A stretch of 64,000 bases of DNA from Acidobacteriota bacterium (GTDB taxonomy: Bacteria > Acidobacteriota > Blastocatellia > RBC074), in contig JAEUQO010000284.1 in the NCBI GenBank assembly GCA_016789605.1, forward strand, positions 8,205 through 72,204, read 5' to 3'. Every line of letters begins with the position of its first letter. Within the stretch, counting starts at the first letter, position 1. Of this stretch, positions 46,934-58,142 are shown in pieces. The notes under the pieces are model-generated. The model ran no database searches. It was not told the DNA's origin and saw only the letters and a program-made list of their open reading frames with translations. Both the position numbers and the translations under genes were made by a program.

Positions 46934-49258
46934 ATGCGGCAGCAGCCCAGATATTCCGCAACTTCAGTTGCGACTTCGCACGAAAACCGGTTTGCGCAAC
47001 AACCAACCCAACCAATTCACCCATTTCGATTTTCCTGGCTTTGCGCATTGTGCGTCTTCCTGCTCTGTGCGGCCCCCAACACACTGGCACAGCAAGTATT
47101 TAGCGGTGCCAGCGGCACTGAAACCACCACGGCCTTAAACGCATTTCGCACGGCCATCGGCGGCGCAGACAATGGCGCAGCCGCCACACCGCAAAACGGC
47201 GGACGCCGCGAAATTACCTGGGACGGCGTGCGGCTGGACGGTACTGATTTCAACAACAACACAACCGTTTTTGTCGCCAACAAAATCACGGGCATTCCGG
47301 TCAATCGTTTTCAGGGGCGCGGCGTACTGTTCAAAGACATTACCGCCGTTAGCAACGATGGATTTGTCAGCGCCAACGCGGGCGTGACGGGGCAATTCAA
47401 CGCCTTCAGCCCGGCCAACACTTTTGCCGCGCTCAACAGCAACAAAATCGAGATGAACTTTGTCTTGGTCAGCGCTCCTACGGCTTCACAAGTACCAGCG
47501 GCAACGCGCGGATTCGGCGCGATCTTTTTGGACGTCGAGCAAGCCAATACATCCAGCATCGAGTATTTCAACGGTACGGTCAGCCTGGGCAAATTCTTTG
47601 TCCCTGCCGGACAAAGTGGCCAGACACAATTCCTGGGCGTGCTGTTCAACGCGCCAATCGTCACGCGCGTGGTCATCACCGTGGGCACGGCAACGCTCTT
47701 TAACTTCAACAACGGACAGGTTTCCGCCGGTATCGCCGACATCAGCGTCAACGCCACGCAGTACGCCGATCAGGCGGCGACTGACGATTTCGTGCTGGCT
47801 GAACCGGTCAGCCTGACGGCGGCCAGCGCCGCCAGCGCATTTGCCGCGACCAGCACCAGTGAAGCGACGACTTCGCTGGCGACATTTCGCACGGTCATCG
47901 GCGGCGCAGACAACGGCGGCACCGCGTCACCGCAAACCGGCGGGCGTCGTGAAATCACCTGGGACGGCGTGCGACTGGATGGCACTGATTTCAACAACAA
48001 CACGACCGTGATCGTCCCGAACAAAATCACGGGCATCCCGGTCAATCGCTTTCAGGCGCGCGGTCTGCTCACCAGCGAAGTGCTGGCAGTCGCCAACGAC
48101 GGATTTGTCAGCGCCAATACCAATGTCGCCAATCAGTTTCCGGCGTTCAGCACGGCCAACACCTTTGCCGGATTCAATTCCAACAAGTATGACGTGCTGT
48201 TTGTGTTGCCCAGCGGAACGACGGCACGGCCTGTGCCAGCAGCAACGCGCGGTTTCGGCGTGATCTTCCTGGACGTCGAACAAGCCAATTCCTCCAGCAT
48301 CGAGTATTTCAACGGCACGGTCAGTCTGGGCAAATTCTTTGTGCCGCCGGGCGCCAGCGGACAAGCGCAGTTTCTGGGCGTGCTGTTTAACTCGCCCGTT
48401 GTCACGCGGGCAGTCGTGACAGCAGGCACGGCCGCAGTCTTTAATTTCAGCAACGGACAAGTCACGACGGGGCCCAGCGAAAACGCCACTACTGATTTGG
48501 CCGTGGTGGATGATTTCATCTATGCCGAACCGACAGTGACCTCTGCCAGCGTGTCTGCGGCCAGCTATGCGGGCGCGGCGCTCGCTTCCGATGCGATCAG
48601 CGTGGCGTTCGGCGCGGATTTCACCACCAGCACGGTAATCGCCCCGACCGTACCGCTGCCGACGACACTGGCGGGCACCAGCATCAAGGTCAAAGACAGC
48701 ACCAACACCGAACGGCTGGCGCCACTGTTTTTTGTATCGCCAGGCCAGATCAATTACCTGATGCCGAGCGGTACGGCTGCGGGTGAAGCGATTATCACCA
48801 TCACCAGCGCCGATGGCCGCGTATCGCCCAGTCGCAGCGTCATTGATACGGTTGCGCCGGGCTTGTTTTCGGCCAATTCCAGCGGCCAGGGCGTCGCGGC
48901 GGCTGTCGCTTTGCGCGTCAAAGCCAATGGCGAACAGGTTTACGAAGCGATTTCCAGCTTCAATGCCGCGCAACAACAATTCGTCGCCACACCGATTGAC
49001 CTCGGCCCGTCAACCGAAACCGTCTATCTGATTTTGTATGGCACGGGCTTACGCTTCCGCAGCGGATTGCAGGGCGTCACCGTCAAAATCGGCGGCGTAG
49101 ACGCCACGGTCGCCTATGCCGGTGGTCAAACCGGGCTGGCCGGGTTGGATCAATTAAACGTGATTGTGCCGCGCGCCGTGATTGGCCGTGGCGAAGTGGA
49201 TATCGCCCTGACCGTGGATGGCAAAGCCGCCAACGTGGTCAAGGTCAATATCAAATAG
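46934..49258 (+). CDS. large secreted protein with two tandem copies of an unknown ~260 aa domain plus one C-terminal Solibacter-type (TIGR03437-like) domain
   Basis: AAGGAG Shine-Dalgarno. Signal peptide. Two highly similar repeats (GGADNG...[24 protein letters not shown]...[12 protein letters not shown]...). The C-terminus carries [13 protein letters not shown] ... [17 protein letters not shown]. Confidence 0.75.
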   Translation: MRQQPRYSATSVATSHENRFAQQPTQPIHPFRFSWLCALCVFLLCAAPNTLAQQVFSGASGTETTTALNAFRTAIGGADNGAAATPQNGGRREITWDGVRLDGTDFNNNTTVFVANKITGIPVNRFQGRGVLFKDITAVSNDGFVSANAGVTGQFNAFSPANTFAALNSNKIEMNFVLVSAPTASQVPAATRGFGAIFLDVEQANTSSIEYFNGTVSLGKFFVPAGQSGQTQFLGVLFNAPIVTRVVITVGTATLFNFNNGQVSAGIADISVNATQYADQAATDDFVLAEPVSLTAASAASAFAATSTSEATTSLATFRTVIGGADNGGTASPQTGGRREITWDGVRLDGTDFNNNTTVIVPNKITGIPVNRFQARGLLTSEVLAVANDGFVSANTNVANQFPAFSTANTFAGFNSNKYDVLFVLPSGTTARPVPAATRGFGVIFLDVEQANSSSIEYFNGTVSLGKFFVPPGASGQAQFLGVLFNSPVVTRAVVTAGTAAVFNFSNGQVTTGPSENATTDLAVVDDFIYAEPTVTSASVSAASYAGAALASDAISVAFGADFTTSTVIAPTVPLPTTLAGTSIKVKDSTNTERLAPLFFVSPGQINYLMPSGTAAGEAIITITSADGRVSPSRSVIDTVAPGLFSANSSGQGVAAAVALRVKANGEQVYEAISSFNAAQQQFVATPIDLGPSTETVYLILYGTGLRFRSGLQGVTVKIGGVDATVAYAGGQTGLAGLDQLNVIVPRAVIGRGEVDIALTVDGKAANVVKVNIK
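47129..48694 (+). repeat. intragenic tandem duplication, 2 x 783 bp (about 85-90% nucleotide identity)
   Basis: Unit 1 runs roughly 47129-47911 and unit 2 roughly 47912-48694, in frame (261 codons each). Confidence 0.7.
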
Positions 49259-49284
49259 TTTACTCGACCGCGAAAGCACACTCC

Positions 49285-49321
49285 GGGGCGAAATCCAGTC
49301 TGGGTTTCGCCCCTTTTTTTG
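49285..49321 (+). terminator. rho-independent terminator
   Basis: 9 bp stem GGGGCGAAA/TTTCGCCCC with an 11 nt loop, followed by TTTTTTT. Confidence 0.75.
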
Positions 49322-49428
49322 TCATTTGCCTGCTGCGCAACCACTGGTTGGATAGTCTGTGTCTGACTCACCGTGCTACACTTCGGCCTCGTCCATCAAC
49401 CGCAATGCATACCTTCAGGAGAACAACG

Positions 49429-51756
49429 ATGAAAACTATCCGCCTCGTTCGTATGTCCGTGCTGGCTGTGCTGATGTTGATTGTCGCGCTGCAAACAGAC
49501 CTGTTGCCGCGCACACACGCCAAAGACGCGCAACTCAATCGGCTGCAAAAGATCGCGCAAACCGTCACCATCTATCGCGACAACTGGGGCGTGCCGCACG
49601 TATACGGCCCGACCGACGCCAGCGTGATTTTCGGCTTTATATATGCGCAAGCCGAAGACAATTTCTGGCAGATCGAAGACAGCTATTTGCAAGCGTTGGG
49701 GCGCGCTTCTGAAGTGTACGGCGACAAATCCCTGGATGCCGATCTGGTCAATCGGGCGCTGGAAATCGTCAAAATCTCCCAGGCGGAATATCCGAAGCTG
49801 AGCAAACAGATGAAAGATATCTGTCAGGCGACGGCGGATGGGCTGAATTACTTTCTGGCCAAAAACCCCCAGATCAAACCGCGACTGATTTCCCAATTTG
49901 AGCCGTGGCATTTGCTGGCGTTTGGCCGGTTTGCGCAATACCAACTGTTCATTTACCGGCGCGCGGGCATTCGCGACAACGAAATCCGCAGCGCGGTGCA
50001 GGAAGTCAAAGCCAACGGCGTCAGTTACAACCTGGCAACGCCCAACGAGACGCGCACCGACGTGGCGCAAAATCTTGACGGGCAATTTGCGGATTTCCAA
50101 TCCAGCGCCGAAGAAGCCTGGAACGCCGGTCAGGTCGGTTCTAACACCTGGGCCATCAGCGCCAAAAAGAGCGCCAGCGGACGCGCCATGTTGCTGATCA
50201 ATCCGCATCAACCGTTTTTTGGTCCCGGCCAATGGATCGAAGGCCACGTGCACAGCGCCAGCGGTTGGAATATGTCGGGCGCGACATTTCCGGGGTCGCC
50301 GTTCCCCAGTCTGGGACACAACGACTTTTTGGGTTGGAGCCACACCGTCAACGTGCCCGACATCATTGACGTCTGGGAAGAGAAATTTGACGATCCGGCC
50401 CAGCCGCTGAATTACAAATACGGCGCGGGCCAGCGCACCGCAACCGAATGGACCGACACCATCAAAGTCAAAACAGACAAAGGCCTGGAAACGCGCACGT
50501 TCAAGCTGCGCAAAACGCATCACGGCCCCATCGTCGCCGTACGCGACGGCAAACAGCTTTCGCTGCGCATGGCCAAATTTGAAAGCTTTGGCGTGATGGA
50601 ACAGCGCTATCTGATGGGCAAGGCGCGCAACTTCAAAGAGTTCAAAGCCGCGATGGCGCACCTGGATGTGCCGATGTTCAACACGATGTATGCCGACCGC
50701 GACGGCAACATCTGGTATCTTTACAACGGCGCGGTGCCCAAACGCGACCCAAAATACGACTGGTCGAAATTTGTGGACGGCAGCGATCCGGGCACGGAAT
50801 GGCAGGGCTATCACACGCTCGACGAATTGCCGCAAATCTTCAACCCAGGCACAGGCTGGGCGCAGAATTGCAACGCAACGCCCTTTTTGGCAACGGCAGA
50901 AAACTCCACCGACAATCCCGCCGCTGACAAATTTCCCAAATACATGGTGACGGAAAAAGACAACGCGCGCTCGCGCGTTTCGCGCCGTCTGCTAGGCGAA
51001 AAAGACAGGTTCACGTTTGAAGATTGGGCTGCCGCCGCTTTTGACACGCGCGTGATCGAAGCCGAAACGCAAATCCCGTTGCTTGTCGCCGAATGGGAAA
51101 AGCTGAAAAGCGCCGATGCCGCACGCGCCGAAAAAAGCGCCGAAGCGATTGCCGCGCTCAAAAGCTGGAACGGCGTCAGCACGGTAGATTCGGTGCCGAT
51201 GACAGTGTTCACTCTCTGGTTCTACACTTCGTTGCAGCCACAGGCGCAAACGATGACCAAAAACAACCCGTATCCCAAAGTCGCCGTGCTCGAATATGTG
51301 CTGGGCGATCTGGCCAAATCGTGGGGAGGTTGGAAAGTCGCCTGGGGTGAGCTCAACCGCATTCAGCGCGTTCACACCAGCGGCAGTCTGGAACCATTCA
51401 ACGACCAGAAAGCCAGTTTGCCCGTCGCGGGCGGTCCGGGCGATCCGATCGGGATTGTCTTTAATTTCTATTCACCGGTGGCCAAGGGGCAAAAACGCCG
51501 ATACGGCACGGCGGGCCATTCGTTTGTCAGCGTCGTCGAATTTGGCCCGCAAGTGCAGGCCCGTTCGCTGTTGCAATTCGGCCAGCGCCACGATCCCGAA
51601 TCGAAACACTATTTCGATCAGGCGGCGTTGTATGCCAAAGGACAATTCAAACCGGCCTGGTTTACGCTGGCAGAGATCAAAGCGAATCTCGCGGCGTCAT
51701 ACCGGCCCGGCGAAAAAGCCGCTGAAACGCGAGCCATGAGCGCAGCGGGCAAATAA
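49429..51756 (+). CDS. penicillin-acylase-family Ntn-hydrolase (acyl-homoserine-lactone acylase-like), secreted
   Basis: AGGAGA Shine-Dalgarno. Signal peptide. The N-terminal alpha-subunit motif [12 protein letters not shown]. Length and layout like PvdQ/QuiP-type acylases. Confidence 0.85.
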   Translation: MKTIRLVRMSVLAVLMLIVALQTDLLPRTHAKDAQLNRLQKIAQTVTIYRDNWGVPHVYGPTDASVIFGFIYAQAEDNFWQIEDSYLQALGRASEVYGDKSLDADLVNRALEIVKISQAEYPKLSKQMKDICQATADGLNYFLAKNPQIKPRLISQFEPWHLLAFGRFAQYQLFIYRRAGIRDNEIRSAVQEVKANGVSYNLATPNETRTDVAQNLDGQFADFQSSAEEAWNAGQVGSNTWAISAKKSASGRAMLLINPHQPFFGPGQWIEGHVHSASGWNMSGATFPGSPFPSLGHNDFLGWSHTVNVPDIIDVWEEKFDDPAQPLNYKYGAGQRTATEWTDTIKVKTDKGLETRTFKLRKTHHGPIVAVRDGKQLSLRMAKFESFGVMEQRYLMGKARNFKEFKAAMAHLDVPMFNTMYADRDGNIWYLYNGAVPKRDPKYDWSKFVDGSDPGTEWQGYHTLDELPQIFNPGTGWAQNCNATPFLATAENSTDNPAADKFPKYMVTEKDNARSRVSRRLLGEKDRFTFEDWAAAAFDTRVIEAETQIPLLVAEWEKLKSADAARAEKSAEAIAALKSWNGVSTVDSVPMTVFTLWFYTSLQPQAQTMTKNNPYPKVAVLEYVLGDLAKSWGGWKVAWGELNRIQRVHTSGSLEPFNDQKASLPVAGGPGDPIGIVFNFYSPVAKGQKRRYGTAGHSFVSVVEFGPQVQARSLLQFGQRHDPESKHYFDQAALYAKGQFKPAWFTLAEIKANLAASYRPGEKAAETRAMSAAGK

Positions 51757-51818
51757 GCCCGCCGCGTTTTTCAGTTCGTGGTTGTTTATTCACTAATCTC
51801 AGAGCAGGCAAAATCGTT

Positions 51819-52739
51819 ATGGAGATGTCGCAACTGCGCACGTTTCGCGCGGTCGCCGAAACGCTGAATTTCACCCGCGCGGCAGAACGATTGCATCTGA
51901 CGCAATCAGCCGTCAGCCACCAGATCAAAGCGCTCGAAGAGGAACTCGGCGAGCCGCTGTTCATCCGCGCCAAACGCGGCGTGAAGCTTTCGCAGGCGGG
52001 CAAGATCGCGCTCGAATATGTCGAACGCATCCTGGACGAAACCGAAGCGTTACGCGAACGCATCGCGGGCAAGGAAAATTCGCCTGCTGGTCGCGTGCGC
52101 GTGGCGGCGGCGACTCAGGCCTTTGTGCATTTGTTTGCGCCGCTGTTTGAATCGTTTATGGATTCGCATCCGGGCGTGGACCTCGCCTTTCGCACGACGG
52201 TCAGCACGGAACAAACCGTCGCCGACATTTTGAACGGCGCGGCGGACGTCGGCTTTGCTTCGCTGGCGGTCTATTCGCCCAACCTGCAAGTCACCAAGCT
52301 GTTTGAAGATGAATTGCTGTTGATCATCGGCAGCGAACATCCGCTGGCGCGCAAACGCGTCGCGACGGCGGAAGACATCCTGCGCGAAAAACTGATTTTG
52401 TTTGAGCGCGGCGCTTCGATCCGGCGCGCGACCGATCAATTCTTTGATCAGGTGGGCGTGCGTCCCGATCTGGCCCTCGAATCAAACGACACTTATTTCA
52501 TCAAACGGATGGTCGAACGCGGCGTCGGCGTTTCGCTGTTGCCCGCCTGGGCAGTGCGCGACGAGGTCATCGCCGGCAAACTGGCGCAATTGCCCATCGC
52601 CGGCCATCGGTTGCGGCGTTCGGTGGCGCTGGTTTCGCTGGGGCGGTTTCAACCGTCACCCGCGCGCGCGTTTATCAGTTACATCCTGCAACACAAAGCG
52701 AAAATCCAGGAGATGGCCGACGCCATCCGCACTTCGTAA
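51819..52739 (+). CDS. LysR-family transcriptional regulator
   Basis: N-terminal wHTH (LRTFRAVAETLNFTRAAERLHLTQSAVSHQIKALEEELG) and a LysR substrate-binding domain. Confidence 0.9.
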   Translation: MEMSQLRTFRAVAETLNFTRAAERLHLTQSAVSHQIKALEEELGEPLFIRAKRGVKLSQAGKIALEYVERILDETEALRERIAGKENSPAGRVRVAAATQAFVHLFAPLFESFMDSHPGVDLAFRTTVSTEQTVADILNGAADVGFASLAVYSPNLQVTKLFEDELLLIIGSEHPLARKRVATAEDILREKLILFERGASIRRATDQFFDQVGVRPDLALESNDTYFIKRMVERGVGVSLLPAWAVRDEVIAGKLAQLPIAGHRLRRSVALVSLGRFQPSPARAFISYILQHKAKIQEMADAIRTS

Positions 52740-52756
52740 CGACATCGGAGCCAACT

Positions 52757-53965
52757 GTGATTCCTGAACTGCGCGCACAATACAACGCACATTTCACCAA
52801 CACACGGTATCAGCAATTTTTGCAGGCGCTCGAAGCCGCGGCTGGCGTAAAAATTGAATTTCGCCCCTGCGAAACGCCGGTCTTTTTGCCCCTCGATTTG
52901 CTGGCCGAAATGCAGCGCGCAGGCAAAGAACTGATCGCGCAGCTTTGCACGCCGGAGTATCTGGCGGCGTCAGAGCGCGCCATTCCCGCCGCTTTTCACG
53001 CGCCCAACGAAGGCGCACATCCGCACTTCATCCAGGTGGATTTCGCGATCACGCGCGACGCCGACGGCACCCTGGCGCCGAAACTGATCGAGCTACAGGG
53101 CTGCGCGTCGCTCTATGCCTTTCAATATATTTTGCCCCACACCTATCAAGAGCATTTCCCGCTCGCCGGATTGGCATACCTGCTCGATGGACTGACGGAT
53201 GAAGACTATCTGGCCTTGTTGCGTCAGGTGTTTCTCAACGGCCACGCGCCGGAACATGTCGTCTTGCTGGAAATTGATCCGCTGCGACAAAAGACGCTGC
53301 CGGATTTCACCGCGACTGAAAAGCTGTTCGGCATTCCGTATGTGTGCGTGTCTGAAGTTCGCAAACGCGGATGGAAGCTTTTCTATGAACGCGGCGGGCG
53401 CGAAATCGAAATCCGCCGCCTGTACAACCGCGTGATCATTGACGAGTTCGTCAAAAAAGATGTGCGCATCAATTTTGATTTTCGCGACGACCTGGATGTC
53501 GAATGGGCCGGGCATCCCAACTGGTACTTTCGCATGAGCAAGTTTTCGCTGCCTTACTTGCAACACCGCACTGTGCCGCGCGCCTGGTTTCTGAATCAAT
53601 TGACGGAATGGCCGACGGATTTGGAAAACTTCGTCCTCAAACCGTTGTTCTCTTTTGCAGGCAGCGGCGTGAAAGTTCATATTACAGAAGCCGATCTGGC
53701 CGCCGTGCCCGAAACCGAACGCGGTGATTACCTGTTACAGGAAAAAGTCGCCTACGCCCCGGTGATTGAAACGCCTGACGAACCCAGCAAGGTCGAAGTG
53801 CGCGTTATGTTTGTCTGGCCAGACGGCACGCCGGAACCGATGGCCGTGACCACGCTCACCCGCCTGAGCAAGGGCGCGATGATGGGCGTGGATTTCAACA
53901 AAAACAAAACCTGGGTCGGTTCGTCGTGCGGGTTCTGGCCGACCAATTCAGAGGCAGCCAGTTAG
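52757..53965 (+). CDS. hypothetical protein, possible (circularly permuted) ATP-grasp-like fold
   Basis: 402 aa with ATP-grasp-like elements (LKPLFSFAGSGVKV; YLLQEKV). No confident family assignment. Confidence 0.55.
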   Translation: MIPELRAQYNAHFTNTRYQQFLQALEAAAGVKIEFRPCETPVFLPLDLLAEMQRAGKELIAQLCTPEYLAASERAIPAAFHAPNEGAHPHFIQVDFAITRDADGTLAPKLIELQGCASLYAFQYILPHTYQEHFPLAGLAYLLDGLTDEDYLALLRQVFLNGHAPEHVVLLEIDPLRQKTLPDFTATEKLFGIPYVCVSEVRKRGWKLFYERGGREIEIRRLYNRVIIDEFVKKDVRINFDFRDDLDVEWAGHPNWYFRMSKFSLPYLQHRTVPRAWFLNQLTEWPTDLENFVLKPLFSFAGSGVKVHITEADLAAVPETERGDYLLQEKVAYAPVIETPDEPSKVEVRVMFVWPDGTPEPMAVTTLTRLSKGAMMGVDFNKNKTWVGSSCGFWPTNSEAAS

Positions 53966-53969
53966 CGTT

Positions 53970-54422
53970 ATGCGTGTGATGGCTCTGGATTACGGCGCAA
54001 AAGCGATTGGCGTAGCGCTCTCTGACGAATTGCAACTCACGGTGCGCCCCCTCACCACCTTGCGGCGCGACAAACTGAAATACGAGCAAGTCCTTGACCG
54101 CATCGGCGCACTCATTGCCGAACACGAAGTCGGCACCCTGATTGTCGGTTTGCCGCTCAATATGGATGGCACTGCTGGCCCCGCCGTCACCCGCGTTGAA
54201 CGTTTCATCGCTGATTTGCAAGCCCGCCTGACAGTACCGATTGTCAGCGTGGACGAACGGCTGACTTCGCGTGAAGCCGACGAGTTGTTGCGCGAAATGG
54301 GGGTCAGCCAGCGCGAACGCAAGGCCAAATCCGATGAATATGCTGCTACAATTATTTTGCAGGATTACCTGGACGGACAGGCGCGACTGAGCGCCGCCAA
54401 TCTTTCATCAAACGAAAGCTAG
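53970..54422 (+). CDS. ruvX: Holliday-junction resolvase-like RNase YqgF/RuvX
   Basis: MALDYGAKAIGVALSD catalytic N-terminus. Length about 150 aa. Confidence 0.9.
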   Translation: MRVMALDYGAKAIGVALSDELQLTVRPLTTLRRDKLKYEQVLDRIGALIAEHEVGTLIVGLPLNMDGTAGPAVTRVERFIADLQARLTVPIVSVDERLTSREADELLREMGVSQRERKAKSDEYAATIILQDYLDGQARLSAANLSSNES

Positions 54423-54434
54423 ACCTACGAGACG

Positions 54435-55505
54435 ATGCCACCACAAGCACCTCCGCGAAAAAAAACTTCCCTTTCCCCCATTGTCATTTTGTTCTTGCTG
54501 GCGATTGCCGCTTTTGGCAGTTGGCTATGGTTACAAAGCCAGATTGAAACGCCGCACGCGCACAACGCGGAAAAGAAAGTGATTTCCGTTCCGCCCGGCA
54601 CCGGCAGCAGCGCCGTCATCGCCCAGCTTAACCGCGAAGGCATTCTCGCCAGCGAGTGGGCCGTGTTGTTGTGGCTGCGCGTAACGGGCGGCGGCGACAA
54701 AATCAAAGCAGGCGATTACCGTTTCAAATCGCCGATTTCCGCCCGCGAAGTCATCGCCCAGCTAAGCCGCGGGCAAACCTTCGCGCTGGAATTCACCATT
54801 CCCGAAGGCTACAACCAATTCGACATCGCGCGCGTGTTGTCAGGCTTGCAAGGGCTAAAACAACCGCCCGCCAGTCAAGATGCCGTGTTGGCGCTGTTGC
54901 AAAACACGACCTTGATCTCTGACCTCGACGCGCAAGCTTCCTCACTCGAAGGCTATCTGTTCCCCGACACGTACGAATACACGCCGACCACCACGCGCGC
55001 GCAACTGGTCGAAGCGATGGTGAAACGATTCCGTCGCGTCTTTACCGCCGAAATGCAACAACAAGCAGAGCAAATCGGCATGACAACGCGACAGGTCGTC
55101 ACGCTGGCGTCATTGATCGAAAAAGAAGCGAAAGTAGATGCGGAACGGGAATTGATCTCGCAGGTCTTTCACAAACGGATGCGGATGCGAGAGCGGCTGG
55201 CCTGTGATCCGACGGTGATTTATGCGGCGCTGTTGGCGGGCAAATATCGCGGCAAGATTTATCAAAGCGACCTTGACCGCGATTCGCAATACAACACGTA
55301 CAAATATCCGGGCTTGCCGCCGGGGCCGATTGCCTCACCCGGACGTCGTTCGCTGCAAGCGGCGCTGAATCCGGCGCAAACCGATTATCTTTTCTTCGTC
55401 GTGGACGCCACCAGGAACGACGGCTCGCACAAGTTTTCGGCCAGTTCCGCCGAACACGAACGCGCCGTCAAAATCCTGCGGCAATCCGAGCGCACACAGC
55501 GCTAA
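54435..55505 (+). CDS. mltG: endolytic murein transglycosylase MltG (YceG-like)
   Basis: N-terminal TM helix and the YceG domain (GDYRFKSPISAREVIAQL...). Confidence 0.9.
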   Translation: MPPQAPPRKKTSLSPIVILFLLAIAAFGSWLWLQSQIETPHAHNAEKKVISVPPGTGSSAVIAQLNREGILASEWAVLLWLRVTGGGDKIKAGDYRFKSPISAREVIAQLSRGQTFALEFTIPEGYNQFDIARVLSGLQGLKQPPASQDAVLALLQNTTLISDLDAQASSLEGYLFPDTYEYTPTTTRAQLVEAMVKRFRRVFTAEMQQQAEQIGMTTRQVVTLASLIEKEAKVDAERELISQVFHKRMRMRERLACDPTVIYAALLAGKYRGKIYQSDLDRDSQYNTYKYPGLPPGPIASPGRRSLQAALNPAQTDYLFFVVDATRNDGSHKFSASSAEHERAVKILRQSERTQR

Positions 55506-55512
55506 CGACAAA

Positions 55513-56943
55513 TCACGGATTGGTTTTCAACGTACCTGCCGGGCGCACGTTTTTGCCTTCGCGTTTCACGAGCGTATCGCCCAGGTCTGTGCGCGCGCGT
55601 TCGACATACACCATCAACTGCGTGACAACTTCCGGATGCCGCGCGGCGACATTGGTCGTTTCGCTGGAATCGGCCTCCAGGTCAAACAGCGACAATTCAA
55701 TCTGTGCTTGCCGTGTGCGTCCGGGTTGACCACCGCGCCCGAGTTCGGGGACGTCGCGCCACGGATGCGGCAGATGTAATTTCCATTTGCCGCTGCGCAC
55801 GGCGTGCAATTCCCCGCCCCAGAAAAAGTAAAACGCATCGTGCGGTTCTTTGGCGTTTTTCCGCGCAGTGAGCAGCTGCCAAATGTCGCGCCCATCCAGC
55901 AAACGATCTTTGGGCAAAGCCGCCCCTGCCAATTTGGCCAGCGTCGGCAACAGATCAATCGTCATCGCCGGACGTTTGACGACGGCTCCCGCCGGAATGC
56001 GTCCCGGCCAACGGGCGAGAAAGGGTTCGCGCACGCCGCCCTCGAACGCCGTCCCTTTGCTGCCGCGCAAATTGCCGCGCGAACCGGCGTGGTCGCCGTA
56101 TTCCAGCCACGGTCCGTTGTCCGAAGTAAAAATCACCAGCGTGTTGTCATCCAATCCGTTGCGTTTGAGCGCCGCCAGAATCTCGCCCACCGACCAATCC
56201 AATTCGGCAATCACGTCGCCATACAATCCGCGCGCCGTTTTGCCTTTGAATTTGTCCGAGACGTGCAACGGCACGTGCGGCATCGAATGCGGCACATACA
56301 GAAAAAACGGTTTGTCTTTGTTGCGTTCGATAAAGCTGACGGCGCGTTCGGTGTATTGCGTGGTCAGTTTCGTCTGGTCAGGATCGAGCTGGATGACCTT
56401 GTCGCCTTCGATCAGCGGCACGTCCGGGTAATAGTTTTTGGTGACTGGGTGATGCGGCCACATGTCGTTGGAATATGGCAGCCCGAAATACTCATCAAAG
56501 CCGTGATGCGTCGGCAAAAACTGCGGGTGATGTCCCAGATGCCATTTGCCGAAAATTGCCGTGGCGTATCCGCGCGGTTTCAGAACCTCGGCAATGGTTT
56601 GTTCATTGTCGTTGATACCGTATTTCGCCGTGTGATCCAGCGCTCCGCGAATGCCGATGCGATTGGGATAACAACCAGTCAGCAGCGCCGCCCGCGAAGC
56701 AGAACAAACAGCCTGCGCGGCGTAAAAATCCGTAAAGCGCACGCCTTCTTTCGCCAGACGATCCAGGTTGGGCGTTTCATAGCCTTGCGCGCCATACACG
56801 CCCACATCGCCATACCCCAGGTCATCCGCAAAGATGACGACGAAATTCGGCAATCGTTTGGCGGCGACAACCGGAGCCACCGGTTGTCGCCACCCCGCCC
56901 ACAACGACAACAACACCACGGCAATAACGCCAAGAGATTTGTT
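55513..56943 (-). CDS. arylsulfatase-family sulfatase, secreted
   Basis: Signal peptide. Sulfatase N-terminal motif VIFADDLGYGD and the modification site CSASRAALLTG (C-x-A-x-R variant). Confidence 0.85.
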   Translation of the reverse strand, partial: NKSLGVIAVVLLSLWAGWRQPVAPVVAAKRLPNFVVIFADDLGYGDVGVYGAQGYETPNLDRLAKEGVRFTDFYAAQAVCSASRAALLTGCYPNRIGIRGALDHTAKYGINDNEQTIAEVLKPRGYATAIFGKWHLGHHPQFLPTHHGFDEYFGLPYSNDMWPHHPVTKNYYPDVPLIEGDKVIQLDPDQTKLTTQYTERAVSFIERNKDKPFFLYVPHSMPHVPLHVSDKFKGKTARGLYGDVIAELDWSVGEILAALKRNGLDDNTLVIFTSDNGPWLEYGDHAGSRGNLRGSKGTAFEGGVREPFLARWPGRIPAGAVVKRPAMTIDLLPTLAKLAGAALPKDRLLDGRDIWQLLTARKNAKEPHDAFYFFWGGELHAVRSGKWKLHLPHPWRDVPELGRGGQPGRTRQAQIELSLFDLEADSSETTNVAARHPEVVTQLMVYVERARTDLGDTLVKREGKNVRPAGTLKTNP

Positions 56944-56981
56944 CATCTGTCTCGCCCCCGCACAAAGTCTGAGCCTGCGCT

Positions 56982-57992
56982 TCAAGACAATTCGCGCATC
57001 TTCGCGACGATCGCTTCGGTGTATTCGGTTGTGCTGGCCGCGCCACCCAAATCACGCGTGCGAATGTGACCATCGGACAACGTCTGGAATAACGCACGTT
57101 CGATCAAATCTGCGGCATTCCGTTCGCCCAAATAGCGCAACATCATAATCGCCGTCTGTAACAACGCTGTCGGATTGGCGAGATTGCGTCCGGCGATGTC
57201 AGGCGCGCTGCCGTGTACGGCTTCAAATACCGCGCCGAGTTCGCCGATATTTGCGCCGGGCACCACGCCCAAACCGCCCACCAAACCCGCCGCCAAATCC
57301 GAAATGATGTCGCCGTACAAATTCTCCAACAACAAGACATCGAATTGTTGCGGTTTCATAACAAGCTGCATGCAGGCGTTATCCACAATCTTGTCGTCGG
57401 CTTCGATGTCAGGATATTCGGCAGCGATCTTGCGGAAGCAGTCGAGGAACAAGCCGTCAGACAACTTCATGATGTTGGCTTTGTGGATGGCCGTGACTTT
57501 TTTGCGGCCTTCGCGGCGTGCGTAATCAAACGCAAAGCGTGCGATGCGCGTCGAGGCTTTTTCGGTGATGATCTTCAGACTTTCGACCACGCCCGGCACG
57601 ACAACGTGTTCCAGACCGGAATACAGGTCTTCGGTGTTTTCGCGCACGACGACCAAATCCAGCGCGCCAAATGGCGTCACCAATCCGGGAATGTTGCGCA
57701 CCGGACGCAGGTTCGCATACAGGTCGAGCGTTTTGCGCAACCGAACGTTGACGCTGGCAAACCCGGTGCCGACCGGCGTCGTCAACGGACCTTTCAAGGC
57801 GACTTTGTTGCGCTTGATGGATTCCAGCACGGGTTCGGGCAAAGGATCGCCAAAGCGCGAAAGTGCTTCTGCGCCGGCAATGAAACTTTCCCATTCGATT
57901 TCGACGCCTGCGGCTTCGATGACGCGCACGACCGCGCCGGTGATTTCCGAACCGATCCCATCACCTGGGATGAGGGTAACTTTGTGTGCCAT
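56982..57992 (-). CDS. isocitrate/isopropylmalate dehydrogenase-family NAD-dependent decarboxylating dehydrogenase
   Basis: ATG complement at 57990-57992 (MAHKVTLIPGDGIG). The motifs NLRP, NLYGDIISDLAAGLVGGLG are present. Confidence 0.85.
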   Translation of the reverse strand: MAHKVTLIPGDGIGSEITGAVVRVIEAAGVEIEWESFIAGAEALSRFGDPLPEPVLESIKRNKVALKGPLTTPVGTGFASVNVRLRKTLDLYANLRPVRNIPGLVTPFGALDLVVVRENTEDLYSGLEHVVVPGVVESLKIITEKASTRIARFAFDYARREGRKKVTAIHKANIMKLSDGLFLDCFRKIAAEYPDIEADDKIVDNACMQLVMKPQQFDVLLLENLYGDIISDLAAGLVGGLGVVPGANIGELGAVFEAVHGSAPDIAGRNLANPTALLQTAIMMLRYLGERNAADLIERALFQTLSDGHIRTRDLGGAASTTEYTEAIVAKMRELS

Positions 57993-58142
57993 AGAAAATT
58001 CCTGAACGTTGAAAAATGGAACGTTGAACGTAGTTTGCATCGTGGAGATTGAGCAGGCGTCACTCTAAACGCCGGAGCCGAAACTTTCAATAAAAGGGCG
58101 TGTGCTATACTTTTGCTTCGTTAACTTGAGGAGGAATCAAAT

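Noticed and set aside
55513-56943. Sulfatase with C-S-A-S-R instead of C-x-P-x-R modification motif
   Set aside because: The minimal sulfatase maturation motif is known to tolerate Ala at the Pro position (C/S-x-P/A-x-R). That places it within known variation, so it was not reported as a finding.
55804-57069. 421 aa plus-strand ORF
   Set aside because: Antisense to the sulfatase and the dehydrogenase. Arg-rich low complexity.
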